Of a DNA stretch of 64,000 nucleotides, positions 25,126-37,050 are shown in pieces. Made by a program: the position numbers and the translations under genes. Within the stretch, counting starts at the first letter, position 1. Every line of letters begins with the position of its first letter. The notes under the pieces were generated by a model. That model did not search any database. It saw nothing but the letters and a program-made list of their open reading frames with translations, and had not been told where the DNA came from. Origin of the DNA: Octopus vulgaris (taxonomy: Eukaryota); assembly GCA_951406725.2 (NCBI GenBank), contig OX597821.1, forward strand, positions 70,370,001 to 70,434,000. The letters are read 5' to 3'.

Positions 25126-28100
25126 ATGAACCGAAATAATAGCAGGTACATTTGGAAAGGAGAAGGGAAAGAAAACCAGCCAGAGTATCAAGTATCGAAC
25201 ACGGGTACCTACTTTAACAACTACCATCGTTACAGAAATAACCGTTGGCAGCCATATTGCTTACAAGGGCATCGTAGCCTATCTGGCTTTGGAAACGGCA
25301 GCAGAAGATATCTTCAACATCGGAATTTGCAACAATCGCATTATGCACAGTATACAAGAAGCCGTTATCAACGACAAAATGAAAAGCAACCATGGCTTTT
25401 ATCGCAATCAACCACCACCAATTCAAATTCAATGCTTCAATCCCCAATAGTGTCTATGGACTCATATCATACAATTCCGCCTGTTGTTCAACAAAACAAG
25501 GTACTCCAGGCTCCTGATGGAAGTACACACGGTAAGTACTTTGCTAATAATTTTATTCTTTAAATACATGATTTCTATTGTTAGTCTTTGTTTAATACGT
25601 AAATTATTTCATATTAATAAATTAATTAACGTTTCTATATTTTCAGAATTTAACGGCAATCATGTACAAGATGGACAGAGATTATCAACATTAAATAAAC
25701 AGGATGGCCGACCCGATGCTTCTGGTACTCTTGAAATGGAAACGGATGTAAACAATTTTCAGGTAATTTCACAATCATTATATTTAATCCGTTCTTGCTG
25801 CATTTTTTTGTTTTGTTTTATGTTATCGTATTTTCATAGGAATGCTTCTGAGATTTCAAAAGATTGACATAAGTTCATCGTTTCTTTAATACGTTATTGG
25901 ATTTTATTTCTATATTTTCAGAATAATCAAGAATACAAAAGTGAAGAAAAAGAAAGGAAATCAGAGAATAATCGAGCAAAATGGAAAGATTATAAAGCGA
26001 AATATGGCAACGAGTTGAAGATAAAATCGACAATTCGATTTAAATCTCTCGTAGACAAAATTAAGGACAACACTTGTAATTTAAAAGTACATTATGTGGA
26101 AGATTGTTTCAAAAATAGGCAGAATGGGGAGATTTGCGATGTAAAAGCATTCCATGTAAGTAAATATTATGTTTATGTTGTTATTTCTTTATTATTCTTT
26201 CAAATTATAAATCTATGCGATTGTATTATATTAATTTTTAAATTAGATTGTATATTATAAAAGTTAGCGATAACAGTTAACAAACTCTTTATATCTCTTG
26301 GTGAACAGCAAATTATTTGAATTGTTCTTACTTTGTTGCGTTTCTAGCTGAAATTTCATTGTTTTCTGTTCACATGGAGGTGGCTAGCTTGTAAGTTATT
26401 CAGAGTAAAGGTAAATAAGGACGAAATTGTCCTTTAATACGTTGGTAATGTGGTTAATTAACGAATCATCTGGATATTTTTATGTAAATATATTTTCAGT
26501 TATTATGTCAATGTGGATTGATGTGATTATAAACAAAGGAAAATAATGCGAATTGAGATCCCAGAGAGTTTCACGCACACATTTCCCCCACTTTCCCTTG
26601 TATATGTATGATGTTTTTAATAAACAATTTCGTTCACCTTATATTTCAGAATGAACCAATGAAAGATTACAACGAATCAAAGATGGAAGTTAACACCAAT
26701 CAAACAAAATGGAAGCTGTATAAACTTGAACACGGTAATGAGCTGAAAGTGAAGTGCAGCCTCACACCAAAGTACCCTTCCGTATCTCAACAGAAGATGA
26801 GGAATATTTTACCAAGTTTTGATACAACAAACTTCACAACGTAAGTTCATTTCGTCTTTCTTTCAATTATAATCTTTCTTAATCCACATCATAATTAATA
26901 TATTTATTTATCTCTATTTGCATGAAACATATTCTCAATCTTGACTAAACGACATTATTTTCTCTTTCAGTGTCTCTCAGTCACTCGTCCACCAACTTTA
27001 CTCTGGGAAACAATGTTCGATTTGTGGTGATAGGAGATCCAGTATTGATAACGATCACATGGATGCACATTTCAGGGAAAACTCTTTTGCAAAACACAGA
27101 AACTATTCCAAACACAGGCACTGGTACCTGCAAGAAGATTATGCTGAAGGTAAATCTAGGAATTATAAATATTTTTGCTCAGTAATATACTCTTATTTTT
27201 GTTGTTGTATATTGTCTACAGGCCAAAATAAGAAATTGTGTTGTAATATTTTGATTTGCCTCGTAGCGTTTTTTATATGTGTTTTAATGTGATTATTATT
27301 ATGGTTATTTTCAAGAAAACCCGTTTGAACTTCAACTAAGAAAACACCAACAGAAAAAGAAAAAGAATATTACAGGACCGACAAAACATTCTGGCAATGA
27401 TGTAAGTATATCCATTTCTAGTTTTATTTCTAGTTTGTTCTCCTTTAAATTGTTGTTTTACTTTTAGATGTGTTGCTTGAAATCTAAATATTCTAATGTT
27501 AAACTATATTCTAATTATAAATAAATACAAACCTGTATTTAATATTGTAGGAATTCATAGAAATATTGTGAAATATTATAAGTATTTATGCAGGAAGTAC
27601 TGTAATATTTATGTGTTTATGCCTGTGTCCTCTCACTTAGCTGTTCAGTGAAAACATTGTATATATTCAATGTGCCAGGATGAAGTACATATTGGTGTGG
27701 AGGTGATTGGTCACATACATTGATGGATGTACTCCATTATGGCCATATTCCCAGGATTAAAAGACTCTGTTCATTTCTGACACTAACCTCTTGCACTTTT
27801 ATTCTTTAGTTTATTTTAGCCAATCTTGATGTCTTTCACTTATTGCGATTCCAAGTTACACATGATTGTGTACTTAATCATCTGCCAGAATTATATCAGT
27901 CCATTACAATAAGGAGTGCGACAAGTAAATTCCTCTCCACAAATACCTGGGCCATTTCCTCTTTTAGTAATTGGTATAATTTATTTCAGATATTTCTATA
28001 GATTAGTCAATTCCAAGTTATTGTTCAACTCGGTTAATATGAATTTACAGACACATAATTCATTCTGGCCATGAATCTCTTATCATTTCTCTGTTTTTAT

Positions 28101-28662
28101 TTTTTAATGCTGAAACAATCTTCTCTAATCTCTTCTGATTTCATGTTCAACAGGTATGTTTGGTGTGTAAAGAAAAGTTTACTGAATTCTTCAATCATGA
28201 AGATGGTGAATGGCAGTTGAATGATGCCATTGATATAGATGGAAATGTAAGTCTTTCTTTTTTTTATTTCTATTTCCTATTTTGTTAATGAAGTGAAAAC
28301 TTGTTGGATCTTGTTTTAACATTTTATTTTTTCCCAGAGTGATTAAAATAATTAGCAGTTAATTTGTGTGGGTGATGTCATTGACTCAATCCTTCTTTCC
28401 TCTAATTTCGCATCTTCTTCTTATATTAGCTATTAATTAGGAATAATTAAGGTGAAATTAATATCTGTCTTTAACTACCATGTTAAATAAATGAATGTGT
28501 GCTTAGATGTTTTATGATAAATAGCATCTGTTTAATCTGATCATATTATGATGTGTGATATATGTAATATGTAAGATTATCAATAAATAATATCTAAGAG
28601 TATTTTATTTTCTATTTTAGACTTACCATGAAATATGTGCTGAGGACCGACATAATGGTTGA
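25126..28662 (+). CDS. PCF11: PCF11-like zinc-finger protein, copy C (8 exons, 448 aa)
   Basis: Exons 25126-25531, 25647-25762, 25922-26155, 26650-26840, 26971-27149, 27316-27401, 28154-28246, 28621-28662 (406+116+234+191+179+86+93+42=1347 nt), in frame. The exon 6 acceptor is AAG here versus CAG in the other copies. Same zinc-finger motifs as copy A. Confidence 0.83.
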
Positions 28663-29567
28663 TGCAGGCGTTTAATCCTGGCTAAATCCTGACTCTACAG
28701 TTCAATGGTAAAAGGAAGCTGTCATTTTAGATATGAAGAGGAATATAGACTAATGTGTTCTTCCTGTTTGTATAATGGTAGAATTTGTTTTGCTGGGGAA
28801 TTTACCTGTCATTTCTAGTGGGTTGTGTGATTCCTCAGAATAGCACTCATTTACTTGCTCCTCTTCCTACAACAATCTAAAGCAACAAGGATTATTAGAC
28901 TAGACTGCAAGAATTTATATTTCTTATATTCCAAGTGTGATTTGCTTCTTTTTATATGTAGATATATTTAATAAATGTGGAGCATCGCAAAGCTTATATA
29001 TCTGCATCGCAAAGCTTATATAGATGAGTTGTATATATTCATTAATGCCTTTTGTATTTATATAATGTGTTTATCTCCTTGCCTCATGGTTCTGTTTATT
29101 CTCATGAACATACGTATATATATTTGTAAATATTGTCACATCAATTACATATCTATATTTAATTTCATTTTGGTATGTTATATTTTTTATAAATAAATTT
29201 AAAATGTCTCAACTTGTACATAAATTTACTTGTATGTATATGTATATATTAATTCCATATCATTTTATACTTTATGCATGAATTTATATCTGTAAATAAT
29301 GATGGATCTTTTGATAAAATATATATACATACAGTGTTTTAATTGATAAATTTTATTTTTCACATATATTTTCAGTACTGTTTTACCTCATGAATATTTT
29401 ACACCCCTCTATATATGCGTGTGTTTGTATGTATATGTAAAAAACCTCTACTTTTAATTATTTAATATGCACTAAAACATGTAAATATGAACAGACATGT
29501 CAATATTCTTTTCTATATATATATATATTCATATAAGTATAAAATATATTTTAGTATATATTTCACC

Positions 29568-29640
29568 TTGTAAATAAACTTTACCAAACATGTAAATAAA
29601 ACATTATTTTTACAATAATTATTTTGTTTGTTTTTATCTA
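29568..29640 (+). terminator. Putative polyadenylation signal of copy C
   Basis: Tandem TGTA-overlapping AATAAA at 29573 and 29595 followed by a T/GT-rich tract (ttttgtttgtttttatct). Present in all copies ~0.9 kb after the stop and just before LINE-derived sequence. The AT-rich context weakens this call. Confidence 0.4.
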
Positions 29641-30044
29641 TTTCTTGAAATTTATTTTACTCGATTAAATATACAAGTGTATATAAAAGGGAAATGATTT
29701 CAAATCTGTATTGTGGTTGGAATTAGGAAGCGCAACTGACCATGTCAAGCTAGAATTTGGTGTTTCCTTAAGTGGCCTGTTTCCTCTGGTTCTTTTGAAT
29801 CGTCCACCTCATACGACCAAAGGAAATATGCTTTCAGAGGGCGAGAATCATGATGCTTGACTTCTTTTAAAGACATGGATTCAGTGAAGTCAAAAAATGG
29901 ATTGTACCATGTTAAAGAGTGAAGAAACCAAGCCTAGACTTGTTCTTTGAAGAAGTCTCTTAATTCTATCCATGGTGACAGGCCCTTCTTCAATAACAAT
30001 GAATTTCATTTGTATTGATTTGTCACCATTGTTCAATCAATATC

Positions 30045-31045
30045 TTTGTCAGTTTGATTGTATGTCATAGAAATGAGCCTATATAAGCTGCCGGATGCTG
30101 AGGTATCACCTGAAGAGGTTTTAGGGAAACGAATCAAACGAGCTACCTGTATTTTGCTAAAGTGTAGTATTTTTTGTCACTGTGTTTGTATGTTATAGAA
30201 ATGAGCCTGTATAAGCTGCTGGCATTTTGCCTGAAGATGTTTTAGGGAAATGAATCAAATGAGCTACCTGTATTTTGCTAATGTCTAGTATTTTTTGTCA
30301 GTGAGGTTGTATTTTATAGAAATGAGCCTATATAAGCTGCTGGATGATGGGAATGCACCTGGACATGTTTTAGGGAAACGAATCAAACGAGCTATCTGTA
30401 TTTCACTAATGTGTAGCACTTATTGTCAGTGTGATCGTATGTTATGAAAATGAGCATAAAAAAGATGCGGGATGCTGGCGTTGCATTTGGAGATGTTTTA
30501 GGGAAATTAATCAAACGAGCTACCTATATTTTGCTAATGTGTTGTATTTTTTGTCAGTGTGATTGTATGTTATAGAATTGAGCCCATATAAGCTGCCGGA
30601 TGTTGGGGTTGCACCTGGAGATGTTTTAGGGAAACGAATCAAATGAGCTACCTGTATTTTGCTAATATGTAGTATTTTTGTCAATGTGATTGTATGTTAT
30701 AGAAATGAGCCTATATAAGTTGCCGGATCCTGGGGTTGCACCTGGAGATGTTTTAGGGAAATGAATCAAATGAGCTACCTGTATTTTGCTAATGCGTAGT
30801 ATTTTTTATCAATGTGATTGTATGTCATATAAATGAGCCCATATAAGCTGCCAGATGCTGAGGTATCACTTGAAGAGGTTTTAGGGAAACGAATCAAATG
30901 AGCTACCTGTATAGTATTTTGCCAATATGTAGTATTTTTGGTCAATGAGATTGTATGTTATAGAAATGAACCTATATAAGCTGCCAGATGCTGGGGTTGC
31001 ACCTGGAGATGTTTTAGGCATACGAATCAACTACTTCTATTTTGT
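30045..31045 (-). repeat. 128-bp satellite, ~8 units
   Basis: Repeated gttttagggaaacgaatcaaa(c/t)gagctacctgtattttgctaa; one unit slightly shortened. Confidence 0.92.
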
Positions 31046-32929
31046 TAAAGTGTTGCTTTTATGTTATTCTTATCTTACACTGATTGAAACAGATACTGGT
31101 TGTGTCCCAGTCACTGACTAAAAAATCCACAAGCACCCATATATTCTCGATGGGCTTCCTCACAGTTTTTACTTACCAAATTCACTTACAACACATTGAT
31201 CAGTGAAGGTTTATAGCATAACATATTTATGAAATGTGCCGTGCAGTTCCTTCCACTGAACCTGGAACCACGAGCTTTCAAAGGGTGCTTCTTGTCCCCT
31301 CCAAACATGCCTACACCTATTGGTCATAATAGCAAACAGCATTTCCTCAGCATCAGTGGAATATATCAGATAAGTGGCAAACATTAACAGCAAGTCTTCA
31401 AGGTCTTTATAACATAATATATAAGTTGATTTCGGTGTTATAGACCAATGAAGGAGGCTCGACTTGTTTGCTCCATGTGTAAGATATAGGAGGCTTAAGT
31501 TCTTCAAATCATATCACATGCTCTGAGGAAAGGCTGGATAGTCATGGTTGGAGTGTAAACATATACCCTTCAAATTGAGAGTTTGTAATATGGTTGCTGG
31601 TCCATTATACGCTGATTTGTTAGTGTCATGCCGGGGCTTTTTGCTAACAAATCCATACATGGTCTTCTGCTGATACACACTCATCTTTACGTCTGATGAT
31701 TCACTGTGGTAGTTAAGTGAATTCTTTGAGCATGTACTGAAGGGCAGAGCAAGGAATATTGCTTGATGCAATGCCTTCCATTTATCATGATGTCATCTAC
31801 ATCACGTACATAGGCAGAGTGGTTAAATGATGTTTCCGAGGAGAGAGGAAGTGCCATTGAAATCAGTCTGGATCGTTGTTAAGCCTCTGCCTCCTGCTTT
31901 TCGCTTTCGGAAGAGTCGTTCTACGTTGCTGTTTATCTGAAATTATGAGTGCTGGTCAGTATCTTTAGATGTTTCACATGTATGTATGTATTTATGTATG
32001 TATATATGTATGCAAGTAGGTAGGTAGGTAGGAAGCTTGGTAGCTTGATTGGAGGGTAGGTAGTTAGCTAGTGAGGTAGGCATGTAAGGAGGTTGGTAGG
32101 TAGCTTGAAAGGAGGGTGGGTAGGTATATGATTATGTAGGTAGGTATGCATGTACGTATATATATATTATGTATTTATTTAAGTTTGTGTCACTTTGTGC
32201 TTGCATTTGCTTCACACCACCACAAGTAAACCGTTGTTGGGTTGTTTGTGTCACCAAACCGTAACGATTTATGGAAAGAGTATGGCCAGTACCTCACTGA
32301 ATATTGCCTTATTCTCTTTACCAGAATTTATTGATGAAAATTCGTTGCTATATCAAGAATTTTAAAGAATACATTTAGTTTCAACAGAATCTATACATCC
32401 CAATCGATGAAGCGACATGGCAAATAAATCGAAGAATATTTTTCGTTTACCGTCAAATCGTAGCAATATGGAATTGGTCCTGAAACATGTTTTTAATAGA
32501 AATACAAGGAACCTTTATAATTCTCATGTGTGTTGCTTCTAATTGTTTCTTTAATGCCAAAAATGTTGAGCAAATGGTACTTACAGATCAACATAAATGC
32601 TATTCATTTCAGTTGGTTTCAATGTGACAGTTTCTTTTTAAAGTAACTTTTTTGAGAATATCTGGAAAATACATTATTTACATTTGACAGACATTTGTCC
32701 TCATCTTAAATATAGAACCGTGTTATGTAATAGGTACGGAGCCGACATTGGACTTTAATGGAGACATATAGAGAAAGTCAATCAAAAGCTAGCTCGTCAG
32801 GTGTGGAGAAATATCCATCAAATGTAAATTAATGTACATAATTCCTCATCTCTTAAATATAGAACTGTATTATCTGGAAATATAGTTAAAATATATACCG
32901 TGGAATAATTTGGTATTTCTTATGAGTTT

Positions 32930-32948
32930 TGTTATCAATGCATAGTAA

Positions 32949-32980
<32 letters not shown>

Positions 32981-33402
32981 ATAGTAGTTTTATAACTAGT
33001 AATAGTCGTTATTGTTATTATTGTTGTCATCGCATGGGAGTGTTGTAGTAATTTGTAAGAATCCATTGATAAAAGTTTCTGCTGCGTGACACGTGTTTGC
33101 TTTGAAAATACTGATGAGATCACATGACAATGATCTGGCTTCTGATTGGATGAGAAGTTTGTGCGCAAATTTTAATTTACTTTTTTATTCACAGGTAAAT
33201 AAAAACAGCCAACACTTTGCATCTTCAGACTGGGATCGAAACACATTCGCGAGAGATACAACTGTTTGCAGGGTTTTATTTGTAGACATTAAACACGGGC
33301 AGCACTTTCGGTTGGTTTATTCAGTATAACATTGCCGTATATTACATTCCGTTGTAAAGTAGCAGCCAAGGAAATGAACCGAAATAACAGCAGGTACATT
33401 TG
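32930..33402 (+). pseudogene. PCF11-like copy D: promoter plus first 9 codons, cut off by satellite array
   Basis: Upstream region matches 24700-25150. ATG at 33374 (MNRNNSRYI) is followed by TGA and an abrupt switch to the 128-bp repeat at ~33403. Confidence 0.85.
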
Positions 33403-35070
33403 AAAAAAATACTACACATTAGCAAAATACATGTAGCTTGTTTGATTCGTCTTCCTAAAACCTCTTCAGGTGAAAACCCAGCAATCTGCAGCTTATATAG
33501 GCTCATTTCTATAACATACAATCACACTGAAAAAAAATAATACACATTAGCAAAATACAGGTAGTTCATTTGATTATTTTCCCTAAAACCTCTGCAGGTA
33601 AAATGCCAGCATACCGCAGCTTATACAGGCTCATTTCTATAACATACAATCACACTGACAAAAAATACTACACATTAGCATAATACAGGTAGCTCATTTG
33701 ATTCGTTTCCCTAATACCTCTTCAGGTGCAACACCAGCATCCGGCAGCTTATATAGGCTCATTTCTATAACATACAATCACACTAACAAAAAATACTACA
33801 CATTAGCAAAATACAGGTAGCTCATTTGATTTGTTTGCCTAAAACATCTACAGGTGCAACCCCAGCATCTGGCACCTTATTTAGACTCATTTCTATAACA
33901 TGCAATCACACTGACAAAAAATACTACATATTAACACAATACAGGTAGCTCCTTTGATTCGTTTCCCTAAAACCTCTTCAGGTGCAACACCATCATCTGG
34001 CAGCTTATATGGGCTCATTTCTATAGCATACAATCACACTGACAAAAAATACTACACTTTAGCAAAATACAGGTAGCTTTTTTGATTCATTTCCCTAACA
34101 CCTCTTCAGATAAAATGCCAGCATTCAGCAGCTTATACAGGCTCATTTCTATAACATACAAACACACTGACAAAAAATACTACACATTACCAAAATACAG
34201 GTAGCTCATTTGATTCGTTTCCCTAAAACTTCTTCAGATAAAGTGCCAGCATCCAGCAGCTTATACAAGGCTCATTTCTATAGCATACAACCACACTGAC
34301 AAAAAATACTACACATTAGCAAAATACAGGTAGTTTGTTTGATTCGTTTTCCTAAAACATCTTCAGGTGCAACCCCAGCATCGAGCAGCTTATAAAGGCT
34401 CATTTCTATAACATACAATCAAACTGACAAAAAATACTACATATTAGCAAAATACAGGTAGCTCAATTGATTTGTTTGCCTGAAACATCTACAGGTGCAA
34501 CCCCAGCATCCGGCAACTTATATAGGCTCATTTCTATAGCATCCAATCACACTGACAAAAAATACTACACATTAGCAAAATACAGGTTGCTCGTTTGATT
34601 CGTTTCCCTAAAACATCTTCAGGTGCAACCCCAGCATCCGGCAAATTATATAGGCTCATTTCTATAGCATACAATCACACTAGCAAAAAATATTACATAT
34701 TAGCAAAATACAGGTAGCTCCTTTAATTCGCTTCCCTTAGACATCTCCAGGTGCAACCCCAGCATCCGGCACCCTATATAGGCTCATTTCTATAACATAA
34801 AATCACACAGATAAAAAATACTACACATTAGCAAAATACAGATAGCTCGTTTGATTCGTTTCTCTAAAACATCTCCAGGTGAAACCCCAGTATCCGGCAG
34901 CTTATATAGGCTCATTTCTTTCACATACAATCATACTGACAAAAAATACTACACATTAGCAAAATACAGGTAGCTCGTTGGATTCGTTTCCCTAAAACAT
35001 CTCCAGGTGCAACCTCAGCATCGGTCAGCTTATATGGGCTCCTTTCTATGACATACAATCACACTGACAG
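33403..35070 (+). repeat. 128-bp satellite, ~13 units
   Basis: Largest array; diverged units of aaaaaatactacacattagcaaaatacaggtagctc...aatcacactgac. Confidence 0.95.
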
Positions 35071-35529
35071 ATTTAGATAGAATACTAGTGACAAATCAAT
35101 ACAAATGAAATTCAGTACTGTTGAAGAAGGTGCTGGCACCATTGGATAGAAAGAAGAAACTTCTTCAAAGAACAAGTCTAGGCTTGGTTTCCTCACACTT
35201 AGAACATGCTACAGTCCATTTCTTGACTTCATTATATCCATGTCTTTAAAAGATGTCAAGCTTCATGATTCTCGCCCTCTGAAAGCTTATTTCCTTTGGT
35301 CGTATGTGGTGGACAATTCAAAAGAACCTGATGAAACAGGCCACTTCAGGGAAGACCAAATTCTAACTTAACATGGTTTGTTGCTTTTCCTAATTCCAAC
35401 CACATTACAAATTTGAATACATTTCCTACTCTATTACAAAAAGATTTCGTGAAAAGCATTATATTTCAGACTCCTTTTATATACATTTGTATATTTAATC
35501 AAATAAAATAAATTTCAAGAAATAGATAA

Positions 35530-36735
35530 AAACAAACAAAATAATTATTGTAAAAATAATGTTTTATTTATATGTTTGGTAAAGTTTATTTACAAGGTGA
35601 AATATATACTAAAATATATTTTATACTTATATGAATATATATATATATAGAAAAGATTATTGACATGTCTGCTCATATTTACATATTTTAGTGCATATTA
35701 AATAATTAAAAGTAGAATTTTTTACATATACATGCAAACACACGCATATATAGAGGGGTGTAAAATATTCATGAGGTAAAACAGTTCTGAAAATATATGT
35801 AAAAAATAAAATTTATCAATTAAAACACTATATGAAAATATATTTTATCAAAAGATCCATCATTATTTACAGATATAAATTCATACATGAAGTTTAAAAT
35901 GATATGGAATTAATATATACATATACATACAAGTCAATTTATTTACAAGTTGAGACTTTTTAAATTTATATATAAAAAATATAGCCTACTAAAATGAAAT
36001 AACATATGGATATGGAATTGATGTGACAATATTTACAAATATATATACGTATGTTCATGAGAATAAACAGAACCATGAGGCAAGGAGATACACACATTAT
36101 ATAAATACAAAAGATATTAAATGAATATATACACCTCATCTATATAAGCTTTGCGATACGGATAGTTTTATAATGCTCTCCATTTTTTAAATATATCTAC
36201 ATATATAAAGAACTAAATCACAGTTGGAATATAGGAAACATAAATTTTTGCAGTGTAGTCTAATAATCCTTGTTGCTTTAGATTGTTGAAGGAAGAGGTG
36301 CAACAAGTGAATGAGTGCCATTCTGAGGAATCACACAACCCACTAGAAATGACAGGTAAATTCCCCAGCAAAACAAATTCTACCATTATACAAATAGGAA
36401 GAACACATTAGTCTATATTCCTCTTGATATCTAAAATGACAGCTTCCTTTCACCATTGAACTGTAGGGTCAGGATTAAACGCCTGCATCAATCATTCTGT
36501 CGGTCCTCAGCACATATTTCATGGTAAGTCTGAAATAGAAAATAAAATACTCTTAGATATTATTTATTGATAATCTTACATATTTCATATATCACACATC
36601 ATAATATGATCAGATTAAACAGATGCAATTTATCATAAAACATCTAAGCACACATTCATTTATTTAACATGGTAGTTAAAGACAGATATTAATTTCATCT
36701 TAATTATTCCTAATTAATTGCTAATATAAGAAGAA
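35530..36735 (-). pseudogene. PCF11-like 3' fragment (exon 8 at 36529-36488, 3' UTR)
   Basis: Duplicate of the 2690-4047 fragment; encodes TYHEICAEDRQND* and has the same LINE junction. Confidence 0.8.
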
Positions 36736-37050
36736 GTGAATCCTGATGGGCCAGGTACTTTCCCTGTCTTCATATCCTTAATTGCTTTATCAACCAGTGT
36801 ACTGTTGATTTGGGTAGCTGGTCCCTGAATTGGGTCGACATTTGGCAGACTCCTCCACCCATTCTTTCTCCACATTCAGCAGTCTTTCATAGTGGCATCT
36901 CCAAGACTCTTTCTTTAGAGAATCATTGAATGGAAGGTCACCATCATCCATGCAGACACATTGCTCTCCTATGACATCATGGTTTTCTCTCACACACTCT
37001 CTTGCAATCTGTAATACTTCAGTTCTTTGGTCCTCACATTGCTGAAGTCT
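36736..37050 (-). mobile_element. RTE-like LINE ORF fragment (duplicate)
   Basis: Copy of 4048-4350; ..HYERLLNVE. Confidence 0.7.

Noticed and set aside
25084-25563. Stand-alone 159-aa protein starting at TTG
   Set aside because: Eukaryotic locus; the first ATG is at 25126 and a strong G|GTAAGT donor at 25531 continues in frame into exon 2.
25532-25646. Intron-1 AATAAA as a counterpart of vertebrate PCF11 intronic polyadenylation autoregulation
   Set aside because: The intron is only 115 nt and very AT-rich, and is not homologous to the PCF11 first intron; chance occurrence is likely.
25830-25880. Possible extra mini-exon after ttttcatag in intron 2
   Set aside because: In the required phase it meets TGA within four codons in A, E and F, and there is no conserved donor.
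26970-27185. ORF MSLSHSSTNF... repeated in each copy
   Set aside because: Wrong frame of exon 5; splice phase selects the frame encoding the CxxC..H..H finger.
33403-35070. CRISPR-like array
   Set aside because: Whole 128-bp units repeat with no unique spacers; eukaryotic context and no cas genes. It is a satellite.
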